Below are positions 55,714 through 64,000 of a DNA stretch of 64,000 bases, piece by piece (the stretch's first letter is position 1; every line of letters begins with the position of its first letter). Origin of the DNA: a virus; the IMG/VR virus record IMGVR_UViG_3300023184_000039, positions 1-64,000 of that record. One strand, 5' to 3'. The position numbers were made by a program, and so were the translations under genes. The notes under the pieces were generated by a model. That model was not told where the DNA came from, ran no database searches, and saw only the letters and a program-made list of their open reading frames with translations.

Positions 55714-56481
55714 CTAAACCTCGCAGTGTTCGTCAATAAAATTCATTAGTCGCTCAGATGTTGTGTTCCCATCAATCCCTGGGTCATTGCGCAACCATCT
55801 TACGAAGTTGTACCAACGCGACTGCTGTTCAATATTGTCAAACACAATCGTGTATTGAACAATTGCATTTGCTGACTTTGAGCCAGTTGCAACAGTGCTT
55901 CCTCGTGCTGCTAATTCCTCGTGAGGAATGTCGTCGTTTGCTTCTAGGTCTCCGTCAGAATTAATATCACCAACAGACTTCTTGGCTTCGTTTGTCGTCC
56001 GTATTATTTCTGGGGGAGTGAATGTTGTGCTTGTGGCAAGAGTGCTTTCCTCAATTGAGGATATTTCATGCATTGCCGCCATATCAAATTCATCCCACCC
56101 AAGACCAGCAAACAGTTCTGAGAACTCATCAGAAATTTCTAAAAGGATTTCAGAAAGGATGGAGTCATCGGTTCTTCCGAGTTCAACAGTCTTGTTGTCG
56201 GCAATAGCAAATGCAAGTGCACGCGATTCATTTCCGTCAAAAAATATGCAAGCAATTTCATCCCACCCAAGTTTTTTTGCGGCAAGAAGTTGGTGATTGC
56301 CAGCAATAACGGTTGCCGTTCCATCGTCGTTCTTCCTTGCAACAATGGGCTTTACTTGACCGAACTCATAGTAGGAAGCAACGATTGCATCCACATCGCC
56401 ATGTCGTGGGTTTCTCTCAAGGGCAACAAGTGAGTCAATCGGAACTCTAAGTTGCGATAGGGATTTGTGAATATTTGTCAT
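55714..56481 (-). CDS. ParB N-terminal domain protein
   Basis: NPRHGDVDAIVASY.EFGQVKPIV; VIAGNH.L.AAKKLGW; IADNK. Confidence 0.85.
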   Translation of the reverse strand: MTNIHKSLSQLRVPIDSLVALERNPRHGDVDAIVASYYEFGQVKPIVARKNDDGTATVIAGNHQLLAAKKLGWDEIACIFFDGNESRALAFAIADNKTVELGRTDDSILSEILLEISDEFSELFAGLGWDEFDMAAMHEISSIEESTLATSTTFTPPEIIRTTNEAKKSVGDINSDGDLEANDDIPHEELAARGSTVATGSKSANAIVQYTIVFDNIEQQSRWYNFVRWLRNDPGIDGNTTSERLMNFIDEHCEV

Positions 56482-56813
56482 ACCTGAACCCTAACATTCG
56501 CATTCAATGTCCTCAATGCATCTATTGACGTGCGAAGCGAAAACAACTTCTCCCTCTTCGCTTTAACCAATGCCTCGGCAATTTTGTGTTCAAAATTTTG
56601 GTCTGCAAGCTTGTAGTCTGCCCATGCTTCACGTTCACGAATGGAACCCTTTGCAGATAGATATTCTTTTGCCCACTCTGCTTTCATTCGTGCTTCTTTT
56701 TTTGCACCATCCTCAGCAAGGGTTTCAAATGCCTCGGTGTGTTCTTCTAATTGGTCTAGTAGGTGTAATAGGTCTTGTTCAATTTGAACCTGGCTAATCG
56801 GTGTGTTTCTCAT
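56478..56813 (-). CDS. Coiled-coil protein (possibly a UvsY-like recombination mediator)
   Basis: Helical, with the pattern ...EREAWAD...IDALRT..AN.R; located in the recombination cluster. Confidence 0.45.
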   Translation of the reverse strand: MRNTPISQVQIEQDLLHLLDQLEEHTEAFETLAEDGAKKEARMKAEWAKEYLSAKGSIREREAWADYKLADQNFEHKIAEALVKAKREKLFSLRTSIDALRTLNANVRVQV

Positions 56814-56816
56814 GGT

Positions 56817-57344
56817 CTAATTGTCCTTCCTTAGAGAATCAAGTATCGTCCAATCTACTTTCTCCAGCGCCGACAAATTCACTTTTGGCCAATCAATTAG
56901 ACTTGTACCCAAATATGTTTTTGCCATTTCTAGAAGTATCCATGCATCGCATTGGTCATCTGCCCCAGGGTTGCGAAATGTGATTCCGGTTTTTGCCGAT
57001 ATTGAAGATACAACCTCATTCTTTGAGGCGTTCCCTCTGCCTGTGGCAAATTTTGCTCGGCAGGTTGGGGGGATTTCAATGAACGGAATATTCATTTTGT
57101 AGAGAACCGTTCTCACAACTCCACCCAATTCACCAATTGAAAATGCTTGACCGCTGCGAGATGCAAAGGAGTAGCCCTCAATTATGACGGCATCAATTTT
57201 TTCCTCTGTTGCCATACTGGACACAACTGAAGATATTAGGTCAAGCCTCTTTACACCTTTTTCCGTAGTTGCAATTATCCCCATTTTGTTATCGCAGCAA
57301 AACCCAGTTGAGACAAGCGACAGGTCAAGGGCCAATAGATTCAC
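56817..57344 (-). CDS. ruvC: RuvC-like Holliday junction resolvase
   Basis: LALDLSL..TG, VIIEGYS, GELGGV, KFATGRGNASK, DDQCDA. Confidence 0.9.
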   Translation of the reverse strand: MNLLALDLSLVSTGFCCDNKMGIIATTEKGVKRLDLISSVVSSMATEEKIDAVIIEGYSFASRSGQAFSIGELGGVVRTVLYKMNIPFIEIPPTCRAKFATGRGNASKNEVVSSISAKTGITFRNPGADDQCDAWILLEMAKTYLGTSLIDWPKVNLSALEKVDWTILDSLRKDN

Positions 57345-57361
57345 AATCAGAGTCTAATGGA

Positions 57362-57409
57362 ATAGACGCAAAAGCCGAGTGAGTCTCCCCACCCGACTTT
57401 TGCGCCTAT
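57362..57409 (-). terminator. 20-bp RNA hairpin (terminator or part of an sRNA)
   Basis: Minus strand ATAGGCGCAAAAGTCGGGTG-gggagact-CACTCGGCTTTTGCGTCTAT; all three non-Watson-Crick positions are G-U on this strand only; no long U-tract follows. Confidence 0.7.
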
Positions 57410-57484
57410 AACGGTCCTAAGGATTATAAGTGTACCTTTAGTGAAAAACATAATAAAGCAAGTATTCAAAATACTAGAGATATA

Positions 57485-57790
57485 TCACTGTTCCCAACCA
57501 TGCTTCGCTAATCCCAAATCAAAAGCAAGTTGTGGGTAGTTTCCGATGCGTGTATGGCATTTTCTGCACACGGCAATAACATTCTCTTCGTCCAGAATTG
57601 AGCCACCCTGTGAGCGTCGCTTGAGTTCGTGTACATCGCGTGATGGTTGTTGCACATAGGTGACAAGACCATCGTGTTTGGCAAACACAGGACAGGCAAC
57701 GCAGTAAGGAAACCTTTCCAGAATGTCCTTTACGAAAGGTCTACGCAATTCGTACTCTGCTTCTTTTTTTGCGCTTCTTTTTCTAATCAC
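57485..57790 (-). CDS. HNH endonuclease
   Basis: CVAC...DVHE...RSQGG.......N...VCRKCH. Confidence 0.85.
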   Translation of the reverse strand: MIRKRSAKKEAEYELRRPFVKDILERFPYCVACPVFAKHDGLVTYVQQPSRDVHELKRRSQGGSILDEENVIAVCRKCHTRIGNYPQLAFDLGLAKHGWEQ

Positions 57791-58290
57791 GAGAGGGTCA
57801 TTGATATTTTATCAAAATCCCATTTTTTCTCAAGAGCAGCCCAAAGTGCTTTGTCAATTGGAGTTTCTTCTAAGTCGTATTCTCGCATCAGAACTTTATG
57901 CTCATGGATTGCGCGACGATAGAAATTCACTTCGTCCCAACCGTCGCTTTCGGTGGCTACTCCACTCTCAATCATTTTTGTTACATCGTCAAGTCGACGC
58001 TCAACATGAAACTTGAATCTGTCAATTTTGCTCGCCCTGTTTGCATAGGCCGCTGATGACCTCATTGCCAGACCATCGCCATCACCACCGAGAGATGTGT
58101 AGCGGTCGTGTTCAATCTTTTCTTCTTCTTTTATTTGCCTAATTTGCAACTCTAGGTTTTCAGCAAGGGCCACTAGTGCTTCTTGCCATCGACTCCAGTT
58201 TTGCTCTTCAAGCAGTGTTTCTTTTTGTGACGGGGAGAGTTTGTTCTTGACTTCCTCTGCAACCATTTTTGCAAATGTTTCGTTTATCAT
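57787..58290 (-). CDS. Hypothetical coiled-coil protein
   Basis: AAGGA RBS; GTGA coupling to the HNH gene. Confidence 0.7.
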   Translation of the reverse strand: MINETFAKMVAEEVKNKLSPSQKETLLEEQNWSRWQEALVALAENLELQIRQIKEEEKIEHDRYTSLGGDGDGLAMRSSAAYANRASKIDRFKFHVERRLDDVTKMIESGVATESDGWDEVNFYRRAIHEHKVLMREYDLEETPIDKALWAALEKKWDFDKISMTLS

Positions 58291-58301
58291 CTTAATTTCC
58301 T

Positions 58302-59096
58302 TTATTTATTGAATGCCGGACAGATGGTTTTAAATGAGCACCAAGGACAAAGTTTCGTCACTGTTGTTGGGAAATCAACAGTTTGGCAAGCAGAGAGAAT
58401 CTCTCCATAAACTTTTTCTATGTCTGCAATTATTGCATCAATATCTTTTTGCTTTGGTCGCTGAGTGAACTTGACGGCCTCCTTTAGATAGAGAAGTTCC
58501 AATTCTTCAATTGGTTTATCTATCTGCTGTTGTAGCAAAATCCCATAAATAGAAAGTTGGTACCACTTGTCTTTTAGCCATGCTGGATTACGTGGACTTT
58601 TCCCAGTTTTGTAATCGCTGATTTTCATTGCCCCACCATCGGTCAATGAATATCTGTCAACAAAACCCTTTACTGGAACATTTGCTCCGATAATCCCATT
58701 GACCTCATTTTCCACACCAGACGGTGTGATGGTTTGAGGGTTCTCAAGAACCCAAAGGTTCTCAACGCACCACCAAGAGTTCCACCTGAATTGCCGTACC
58801 TGGTCATCCTTTGGGAGAATGTTTCTTACTTGTTCTTCCCAGTTTGATTTAGTCCAAACAAACGATGAGATTGATTTTGCATTTATGAGGTTTCTTTCCT
58901 CAATGGGTCGTTTGTACAAATGCTCTAAAATTTCATGCACAAAAGAACCCATGAGGAGAGCCTCTGATGTTCCCTCTGGGATTTTATCAAGCCTGCTGAA
59001 CTTGTATTTAAGTCTGCATTGCTTCCATGTTGAAATGGAAGATGCAGACAAATACGGTGGAGGTGTTATCGGCTCACTTTGTTGTTGTAGCACCAT
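58302..59096 (-). CDS. PD-(D/E)xK RecB/Cas4-like exonuclease
   Basis: YLSAS.I....QC; G..VHE.LE; KGFVDR; ISDYKTGK; QL.IY; C.WC.F...CP. Confidence 0.9.
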   Translation of the reverse strand: MVLQQQSEPITPPPYLSASSISTWKQCRLKYKFSRLDKIPEGTSEALLMGSFVHEILEHLYKRPIEERNLINAKSISSFVWTKSNWEEQVRNILPKDDQVRQFRWNSWWCVENLWVLENPQTITPSGVENEVNGIIGANVPVKGFVDRYSLTDGGAMKISDYKTGKSPRNPAWLKDKWYQLSIYGILLQQQIDKPIEELELLYLKEAVKFTQRPKQKDIDAIIADIEKVYGEILSACQTVDFPTTVTKLCPWCSFKTICPAFNK

Positions 59097-59712
59097 TAAA
59101 GGACAACCTTACTGCTTCAGAGTGAAGTGCTGTAAGCATTTCCACAGGGGCGTCGGTTGCTTTTCTTGGCTTGGGCAAGGTTCCTGCAATTTCAATCCAC
59201 TTGCTGTTCAATTGCGATTTCTGTTCATCGCTGAATGTCTTGCTGATTGAGACAATGTTGTTGAATGCGGCATTTGCTTCTTGCGATGCAACTGGGGCAT
59301 CCATGATTTGTTCAATTTCCATTGCATCGTCTGAACGTGCAAGGTACAAACCAACACCGAGTGTCTGCACTGCTTTTTTAAGAGCATCAGATACGGCACC
59401 TTTGACTTCGTCACCGTAGTCAACGGCAAGACCAGTTGCTTTAATTCGTTTGATTTTCTGTCCACCGACACCATCTCGACTGACTTCTTTTCCGTCAATC
59501 ATGGCGGCAACGGTTACATGGGCAACGATTGAATCGCCAATTTCGGTGTAACCCTTAATTGAGAACGACCAGTTTTCAACACCAAGAACTTTGTTCATGC
59601 GATTGATGACTTCGCTCACTGGAATATAGGTGAGGTTTGTTCCACCCTTGTTGAGGGTGCGCTCCATCTCTTGTGGAAACTGCTCTGTTAATTGTGGGTA
59701 TAGTTCATTCAC
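59074..59712 (-). CDS. Rad52/Rad22-like single-strand annealing protein (Sak-type)
   Basis: LTYI....VINRMNKVLG..NWS; K.AVSDALKKA...LGVGLYL. Confidence 0.9.
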   Translation of the reverse strand: MNELYPQLTEQFPQEMERTLNKGGTNLTYIPVSEVINRMNKVLGVENWSFSIKGYTEIGDSIVAHVTVAAMIDGKEVSRDGVGGQKIKRIKATGLAVDYGDEVKGAVSDALKKAVQTLGVGLYLARSDDAMEIEQIMDAPVASQEANAAFNNIVSISKTFSDEQKSQLNSKWIEIAGTLPKPRKATDAPVEMLTALHSEAVRLSFNGATTTK

Positions 59713-60205
59713 TTTCGGTTCCTCCCTTTCGGACGATGATGCTTACTTTTGTTTCTCCTGCAATGCAATAATTATCAGCATTGAGACCTAATTTGCTAAG
59801 TTCGCCAACCTTCCAATAAGAGGGTTGGACGTAGTTGAGCAACTGTGTGATTAGGTCGTGTTGATTAACCATGACCTCACCAGTGTCCATGTCAATGGCT
59901 CGTTGCATAAGTTTTTCAGCAACAACATTGGCTAGGTCTTTATGTTGCCAGCCAGTTCTTTTTGTGTTGTACGACTTTTCAACCTCGCCGTTTTGGAGCA
60001 TGATGTTTGATGCTTCACCCATAACTTGTCCAACCCCAAAGGCGAATGATTCATAGACAACTCGCATTTCAGACTTGACTAGGTTTAGGTCTAGAAGCAG
60101 GCCGCATGCCTCTTCTACCGACGGAGAAGATTCTACATAGGTATCAAATTCGCGTTGAAGTTCTAATAGGGTTTGATGTAAACCTGTAATTCTGTCTTTT
60201 AACAT
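59705..60205 (-). CDS. Hypothetical protein
   Basis: Conserved-looking phage ORF (DMDTGEV, PSYWKV..L..LG...D.YC); GAGG RBS. Confidence 0.7.
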   Translation of the reverse strand: MLKDRITGLHQTLLELQREFDTYVESSPSVEEACGLLLDLNLVKSEMRVVYESFAFGVGQVMGEASNIMLQNGEVEKSYNTKRTGWQHKDLANVVAEKLMQRAIDMDTGEVMVNQHDLITQLLNYVQPSYWKVGELSKLGLNADNYCIAGETKVSIIVRKGGTESE

Positions 60206-60237
60206 ACGACCTCTTCTAGTATGGTTTTGTAACTTGC

Positions 60238-61542
60238 CTAGCAGACGATACTAACTCTTTTCCTCTGAGGCAACCCCAAGCCTGCCAAATGTGTAAAAGC
60301 TCCAGTGGCAGAGTCAACTTGGTCATCGTGGTCAGCAGCCTCCGGAAAAGATGACAATTCGTCCATCCACCCCGTTAGCCATGCACCCCTTAGTATGCGA
60401 ACATTGCCATTCGCCACGGCTGCGGCAAATGGTCGTGCACGGGTGAGTTTATCGCCAGTTGACCTCATTCCACCAAAGTCATACCCAGCAAGGATATAGC
60501 GAGCATACTGGTCAATTAATGCCTTGCCAGACGACCCTGGTTCTTGCTCCATTCTGATTGGCACTGCCTTCCCGTCCTCGTAGGCAGTCTGGGAGATGAG
60601 TTGCTCAACCTTTTCAGCCTTGACCCGTGCTCGTTTGACATCGAGAACATAGGCTACCCCTTGGTCAAATAACATAAGGGTTCCAACGGTCCAGTCGGGA
60701 TTAGGGTTGGATGAGGATGGCTCGGTTGCCGCAAGGTCCCAGAAGCGAACGGTTCTAGCCGAGGATGTAATTGGTGGAAGTTCGTGTGCATCAATGATAA
60801 TCATGGATGTTCGGTCAAATAGGCTACCGAGGGTAGTTGCCCACCAGTCGCCTTCCTCAAGTCGGCGCCTTTCAACTGGGTCAAGTGCAGAAAGTGCTTG
60901 TCGGTACGATGCGGCATCAATTCCAGGGTTGTCTGTCAGTTTTGATGGTACAAAAATCCGGTTCTCCTGAACCCCCTCAACGATGAATCTCTGCCTAACC
61001 CAATTGGGCGCTGGGTTTGAGGCGCATCGCATTCTTAGTGGAACCTGAGAAAGTGGTCCACCTGCTGGACGACGGAGACGAGAAAACAGGTATCTGTAGT
61101 CAGACTCCCGAATTTCGGTTACCTCATCCATTCCTATGAACTGAAATTCCGAACCTTTATATCGGAGGTAGTCCCCAGCATTATTGAGGTATCCGAAAGA
61201 GATTCTTGCCCCAGACGGGAATGTTGCAATGAAACTATTGTTATTCCAATGGATGTCATCGTAGTTTGAAATCCAACTTTTGAATCTGTCCATCAAGGCT
61301 CCAGGGAGCGACAAGTCGGCGAATGTTCGACGAAAAAGAATTGCCGAATAATTTGGAACATCAACATACTGGAGTGCGGCCATGAGCAGTGCACTTGATT
61401 TACCACCACCAGCAGCACCTCCGAAAAGCGCCTCTAATGCATAACACCTTAGAAACACGCGCTGATTAAGCGATGCTTCTTCTGGGCAAAACGGCGGGGC
61501 CTTCGGTTCCAGATATTCTAGAATTTTTTCCCAGTCGGCCAT
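60238..61542 (-). CDS. terL: Terminase large subunit
   Basis: Walker A GGAAGGGKS, Walker B FIGMDE, ASNP coupling motif, nuclease FWDLA...DWTVG...HDDQVDS. Confidence 0.95.
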   Translation of the reverse strand: MADWEKILEYLEPKAPPFCPEEASLNQRVFLRCYALEALFGGAAGGGKSSALLMAALQYVDVPNYSAILFRRTFADLSLPGALMDRFKSWISNYDDIHWNNNSFIATFPSGARISFGYLNNAGDYLRYKGSEFQFIGMDEVTEIRESDYRYLFSRLRRPAGGPLSQVPLRMRCASNPAPNWVRQRFIVEGVQENRIFVPSKLTDNPGIDAASYRQALSALDPVERRRLEEGDWWATTLGSLFDRTSMIIIDAHELPPITSSARTVRFWDLAATEPSSSNPNPDWTVGTLMLFDQGVAYVLDVKRARVKAEKVEQLISQTAYEDGKAVPIRMEQEPGSSGKALIDQYARYILAGYDFGGMRSTGDKLTRARPFAAAVANGNVRILRGAWLTGWMDELSSFPEAADHDDQVDSATGAFTHLAGLGLPQRKRVSIVC

Positions 61543-61609
61543 TATCGCTCCAGTTGAATGTGTTGTTCTAGATTAGACAATATAAATGAACTACAGTGGA
61601 GGAAGCACC

Positions 61610-61792
61610 ATGAAACATATTTTTACCAAACTCAGAGAGTTTTTTACAAATCGCCGTTATGTGGCTAATTTATTAATGATTTCATTTATACTGTTTACGG
61701 CGATAGGTGCTGGTCTCGTATTCCCTCCAGCAGGTTTTATCGTTGCAGGCATCACATGTGGGATTCTCGGATATTTGTTAGGTCTTGAATAA
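61610..61792 (+). CDS. Small two-TM membrane protein preceding portal
   Basis: GGAGGA RBS before ATG 61610; two hydrophobic helices; a common position in actinophages. Confidence 0.7.
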   Translation: MKHIFTKLREFFTNRRYVANLLMISFILFTAIGAGLVFPPAGFIVAGITCGILGYLLGLE

Positions 61793-61794
61793 TT

Positions 61795-63819
61795 ATGGCA
61801 TGGAACACAACTAATAATAAATCTCTTAATCCAAATAGCGTCAAATCGCTTATTGGTCCAGGAGCCCCCGTTTCCGGAAACCCAGGTTTAACAACTGGTC
61901 ACGGGTACAAGGACTCATGGGATATTGAGCGAGCCTACAAAGAAGGCATGCAGAGGGTCACATGGGTTGCTAGATGTATTGATGTCATTGCAGGAAACCA
62001 AGCGCGCCTGCCAATCATTTTGCGAAAGGATAACTCCCCAGATGGAGAAATCGTTACTGGTAGCAAAGCAAAGAAATCAAGCCTCTTAGAAGTACTAAAC
62101 ACCAAATCAAACATTGGTGAAAATTCTTTTATATTTAGGTACAGGCTTTCCGCACAGTTGCTTCTTGGAACCCGTGGCGTATTTATTGAAAAGGTACGCG
62201 GACGTGATGGGAGCATCGTCGGGTTGAACCTTCTGCCACCACAGCACACTGCACCAATTCCTGATGTTAAAAAATTTGTTTCTGGCTACGAAGTTACTAT
62301 GCCAACTGGCGAAATAGTAGTTATGAAACCAGAAGATGTTTGCTGGATTCGACGCCCACACCCACTTGACCCATATCTTTCACTAACACCAATGGAGTCT
62401 GCTGGTGTTGCTATTGAAATTGAGAATTTTGCAAAATTATATAATAGAAACTTTTTAATGAACGACGGAAGACCCGGTGGAATACTTGTTGTCAAGGGCG
62501 AAATTGCCGACGACGATAAAGAAGAATTAAGAAATAGATTTAGAGGAAACCTGTCTCGCGCAGGATTGACGACAGTACTGTCTGCTGATGATGGTGCCGA
62601 ATACGTTGATACGAGTTCGTCTCCTAGGGATGCTGCGTATATTCAAATGCGACAGATTACCAAAGAGGAAATTCTTGCATCGTTTGGTGTTCCAGAAACA
62701 GTAATTGGCAATGCATCTGGAAGAACATTTAGTAATGCATCAGAGGAGATTCGGGTGTTTTGGATGGAGACAATGCTTCCCCATCTTGAGCCACTTGCCC
62801 GAGCACTTGATGAATTGGACGAAGAGAATTATGTTGATTTTGATTTGTCCGAAGTTCCAGTCCTTCAGTTGTACAAGCAAGAACGAGAAAGATACCTTAA
62901 AGATGAATTGTCGCAGGGTTTGATTTCCGTTAATGAGTACAGAATTTCAAGCGGAAGAAAAGAAGTTGATGCTGACCTTGCTGACTCACTTCTAATGAAT
63001 CCAAACTTGACACCGATTGCAAATACGAAAAAGAAAATGGAAGAACCACCAGTGATGGCGCCAGGGGCACCAGGGGCACCAGGCGCACCAGGTGAACCAC
63101 CACCACCGGGGATGGAAGGTATGCCACCAAGCGAACCACCACCATCGGGTCTAGACCCAAATACAATGGCTGGCGCTCTTGCTGCTGCATCCGCAGGTGG
63201 ACCACCAGCAGATGCTGGATTTCCGGCAAGTGCCCCACCACCGCCAATCGGTGTAACGGCAAATGCTATGGCCCCAGTCCCCGCAGGAGCCGCCTCAGCA
63301 GACACGATGCTTGCCTACAAGACAGAAGAAATGAACAATGCCCTAGAGCGATGGACGCAAATTCTTGACCGTTCGCTAGAGCGAGTTCTTGAGCGCCAAC
63401 AACGAGTCGTTTTGGAAAAAGCTGGTGGTGCAAAATCCAAGAAGGCACTATATGCAGGAACCATGCAGCCAGATTCCATCTACGGTATTGACATTTGGGA
63501 AAAACAAATGGACGAGGACATCAAGCCAGTTGTGACGGCAATAATTAGGGATTCTGCAGAAATGAATAGCCTTGAAATTTCGTCAATGGAGATATTTGAA
63601 AAAGCCACACGTCATATGAACAGAATCAAAATAGTCAATCACAACATTGGCGAGCAGATAAAGTCGGCAATATCAGATTCCCTGAATGTCGCTGGGGAAG
63701 AACCAAGACACGAATTTCTTCGCAATGAACTAGTGCAAGTTTATACAAATGCACTTGGGAAAATTCGCTATCAGGTCGCATCTGATGAGGCTCGTCGTGC
63801 TTGGGAGAACAGTTTTTAA
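61795..63819 (+). CDS. Portal protein (HK97-like) with Pro-rich linker and C-terminal helical extension
   Basis: V.RCI..IA...ARLP, LLGTRG, N.GRPGGIL, I...FGVP...IG, INEYR. Confidence 0.92.
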   Translation: MAWNTTNNKSLNPNSVKSLIGPGAPVSGNPGLTTGHGYKDSWDIERAYKEGMQRVTWVARCIDVIAGNQARLPIILRKDNSPDGEIVTGSKAKKSSLLEVLNTKSNIGENSFIFRYRLSAQLLLGTRGVFIEKVRGRDGSIVGLNLLPPQHTAPIPDVKKFVSGYEVTMPTGEIVVMKPEDVCWIRRPHPLDPYLSLTPMESAGVAIEIENFAKLYNRNFLMNDGRPGGILVVKGEIADDDKEELRNRFRGNLSRAGLTTVLSADDGAEYVDTSSSPRDAAYIQMRQITKEEILASFGVPETVIGNASGRTFSNASEEIRVFWMETMLPHLEPLARALDELDEENYVDFDLSEVPVLQLYKQERERYLKDELSQGLISVNEYRISSGRKEVDADLADSLLMNPNLTPIANTKKKMEEPPVMAPGAPGAPGAPGEPPPPGMEGMPPSEPPPSGLDPNTMAGALAAASAGGPPADAGFPASAPPPPIGVTANAMAPVPAGAASADTMLAYKTEEMNNALERWTQILDRSLERVLERQQRVVLEKAGGAKSKKALYAGTMQPDSIYGIDIWEKQMDEDIKPVVTAIIRDSAEMNSLEISSMEIFEKATRHMNRIKIVNHNIGEQIKSAISDSLNVAGEEPRHEFLRNELVQVYTNALGKIRYQVASDEARRAWENSF

Positions 63820-63924
63820 TTTCAGTATTTAGATATAGTGAAATGAGCCCGTAAAAGGCATTAGTTGCACTGAAGGCAAGTAAAACTGGATTACTATTTA
63901 TATCAATCCTAACGATTGGTCTTT

Positions 63925-64000
63925 ATGAATAGTGATTTTAAATTCAAATCAAACCCTGGCGTTGTCAACATTGACGAAGCACAGGGCATTGTTGAATGTT
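63925..64000 (+). CDS. Probable prohead protease (5' end only, truncated by window edge)
   Basis: MNSDFKFKSNPGVVNIDEAQGIVEC resembles HK97-type protease N-termini; follows the portal. Confidence 0.55.
   Translation, partial: MNSDFKFKSNPGVVNIDEAQGIVEC

Noticed and set aside
57406-57422. An rRNA gene or rRNA fragment insertion
   Set aside because: Identity to 23S is limited to 17 nt and the flanks do not continue the rRNA sequence. It is reported only as a candidate regulatory element.
58302-59096. Cas4-like gene as evidence of a CRISPR-Cas system
   Set aside because: No array or other cas genes are present; it pairs with a Rad52-like annealase as a standard phage recombination module.

Overview
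This 64 kb window is part of a large tailed bacteriophage genome. A tail sheath, tail tube and baseplate J indicate a contractile-tailed (myovirus-like) phage, and a WhiB regulator suggests an actinobacterial host. Layout: 1-2.2 kb holds replication-initiator-like, helicase-loader-like and ribbon-helix-helix genes carrying six co-oriented copies of a 14-bp motif. 2.4-7.1 kb holds WhiB, an Ntn/proteasome-beta-like protease, a metallophosphoesterase and an M15 endolysin. 7.1-10.9 kb is a giant membrane-anchored surface protein. 11-31.7 kb has two paralogous, inward-facing modules (tail fibre plus Fn3 protein with a (PPxF)n tract) that bracket a ~15 kb island. The island encodes ten Fe(II)/2-oxoglutarate dioxygenases, two membrane di-iron desaturase/hydroxylases, a sulfotransferase, methyltransferase(s), a glutathione peroxidase homologue and a DUF6065-like protein. 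31.7-54 kb holds fibres, holin, baseplate, tape measure, a tail chaperone with a probable -1 frameshift, tube, sheath and neck genes. 54-61.5 kb holds an IbrA/IbrB-like pair, ParB-N, RuvC, HNH, RecB-like nuclease, Rad52-like recombinase and terminase. The portal and the start of a probable prohead protease follow on the opposite strand. Top candidates for novelty: (1) a putative virion-adhesin post-translational modification system, with PPxF repeats as substrates of the oxygenase battery; (2) an intergenic element at ~57.4 kb combining a 17-nt exact match to the 23S rRNA helix 69 / I-CeuI site with a strand-specific 20-bp hairpin; (3) the stoperator/iteron-like 14-mer array. All family assignments come from motif recognition by eye; no searches were run. 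I saw no tRNA, rRNA gene, CRISPR array, integrase, capsid or polymerase gene.
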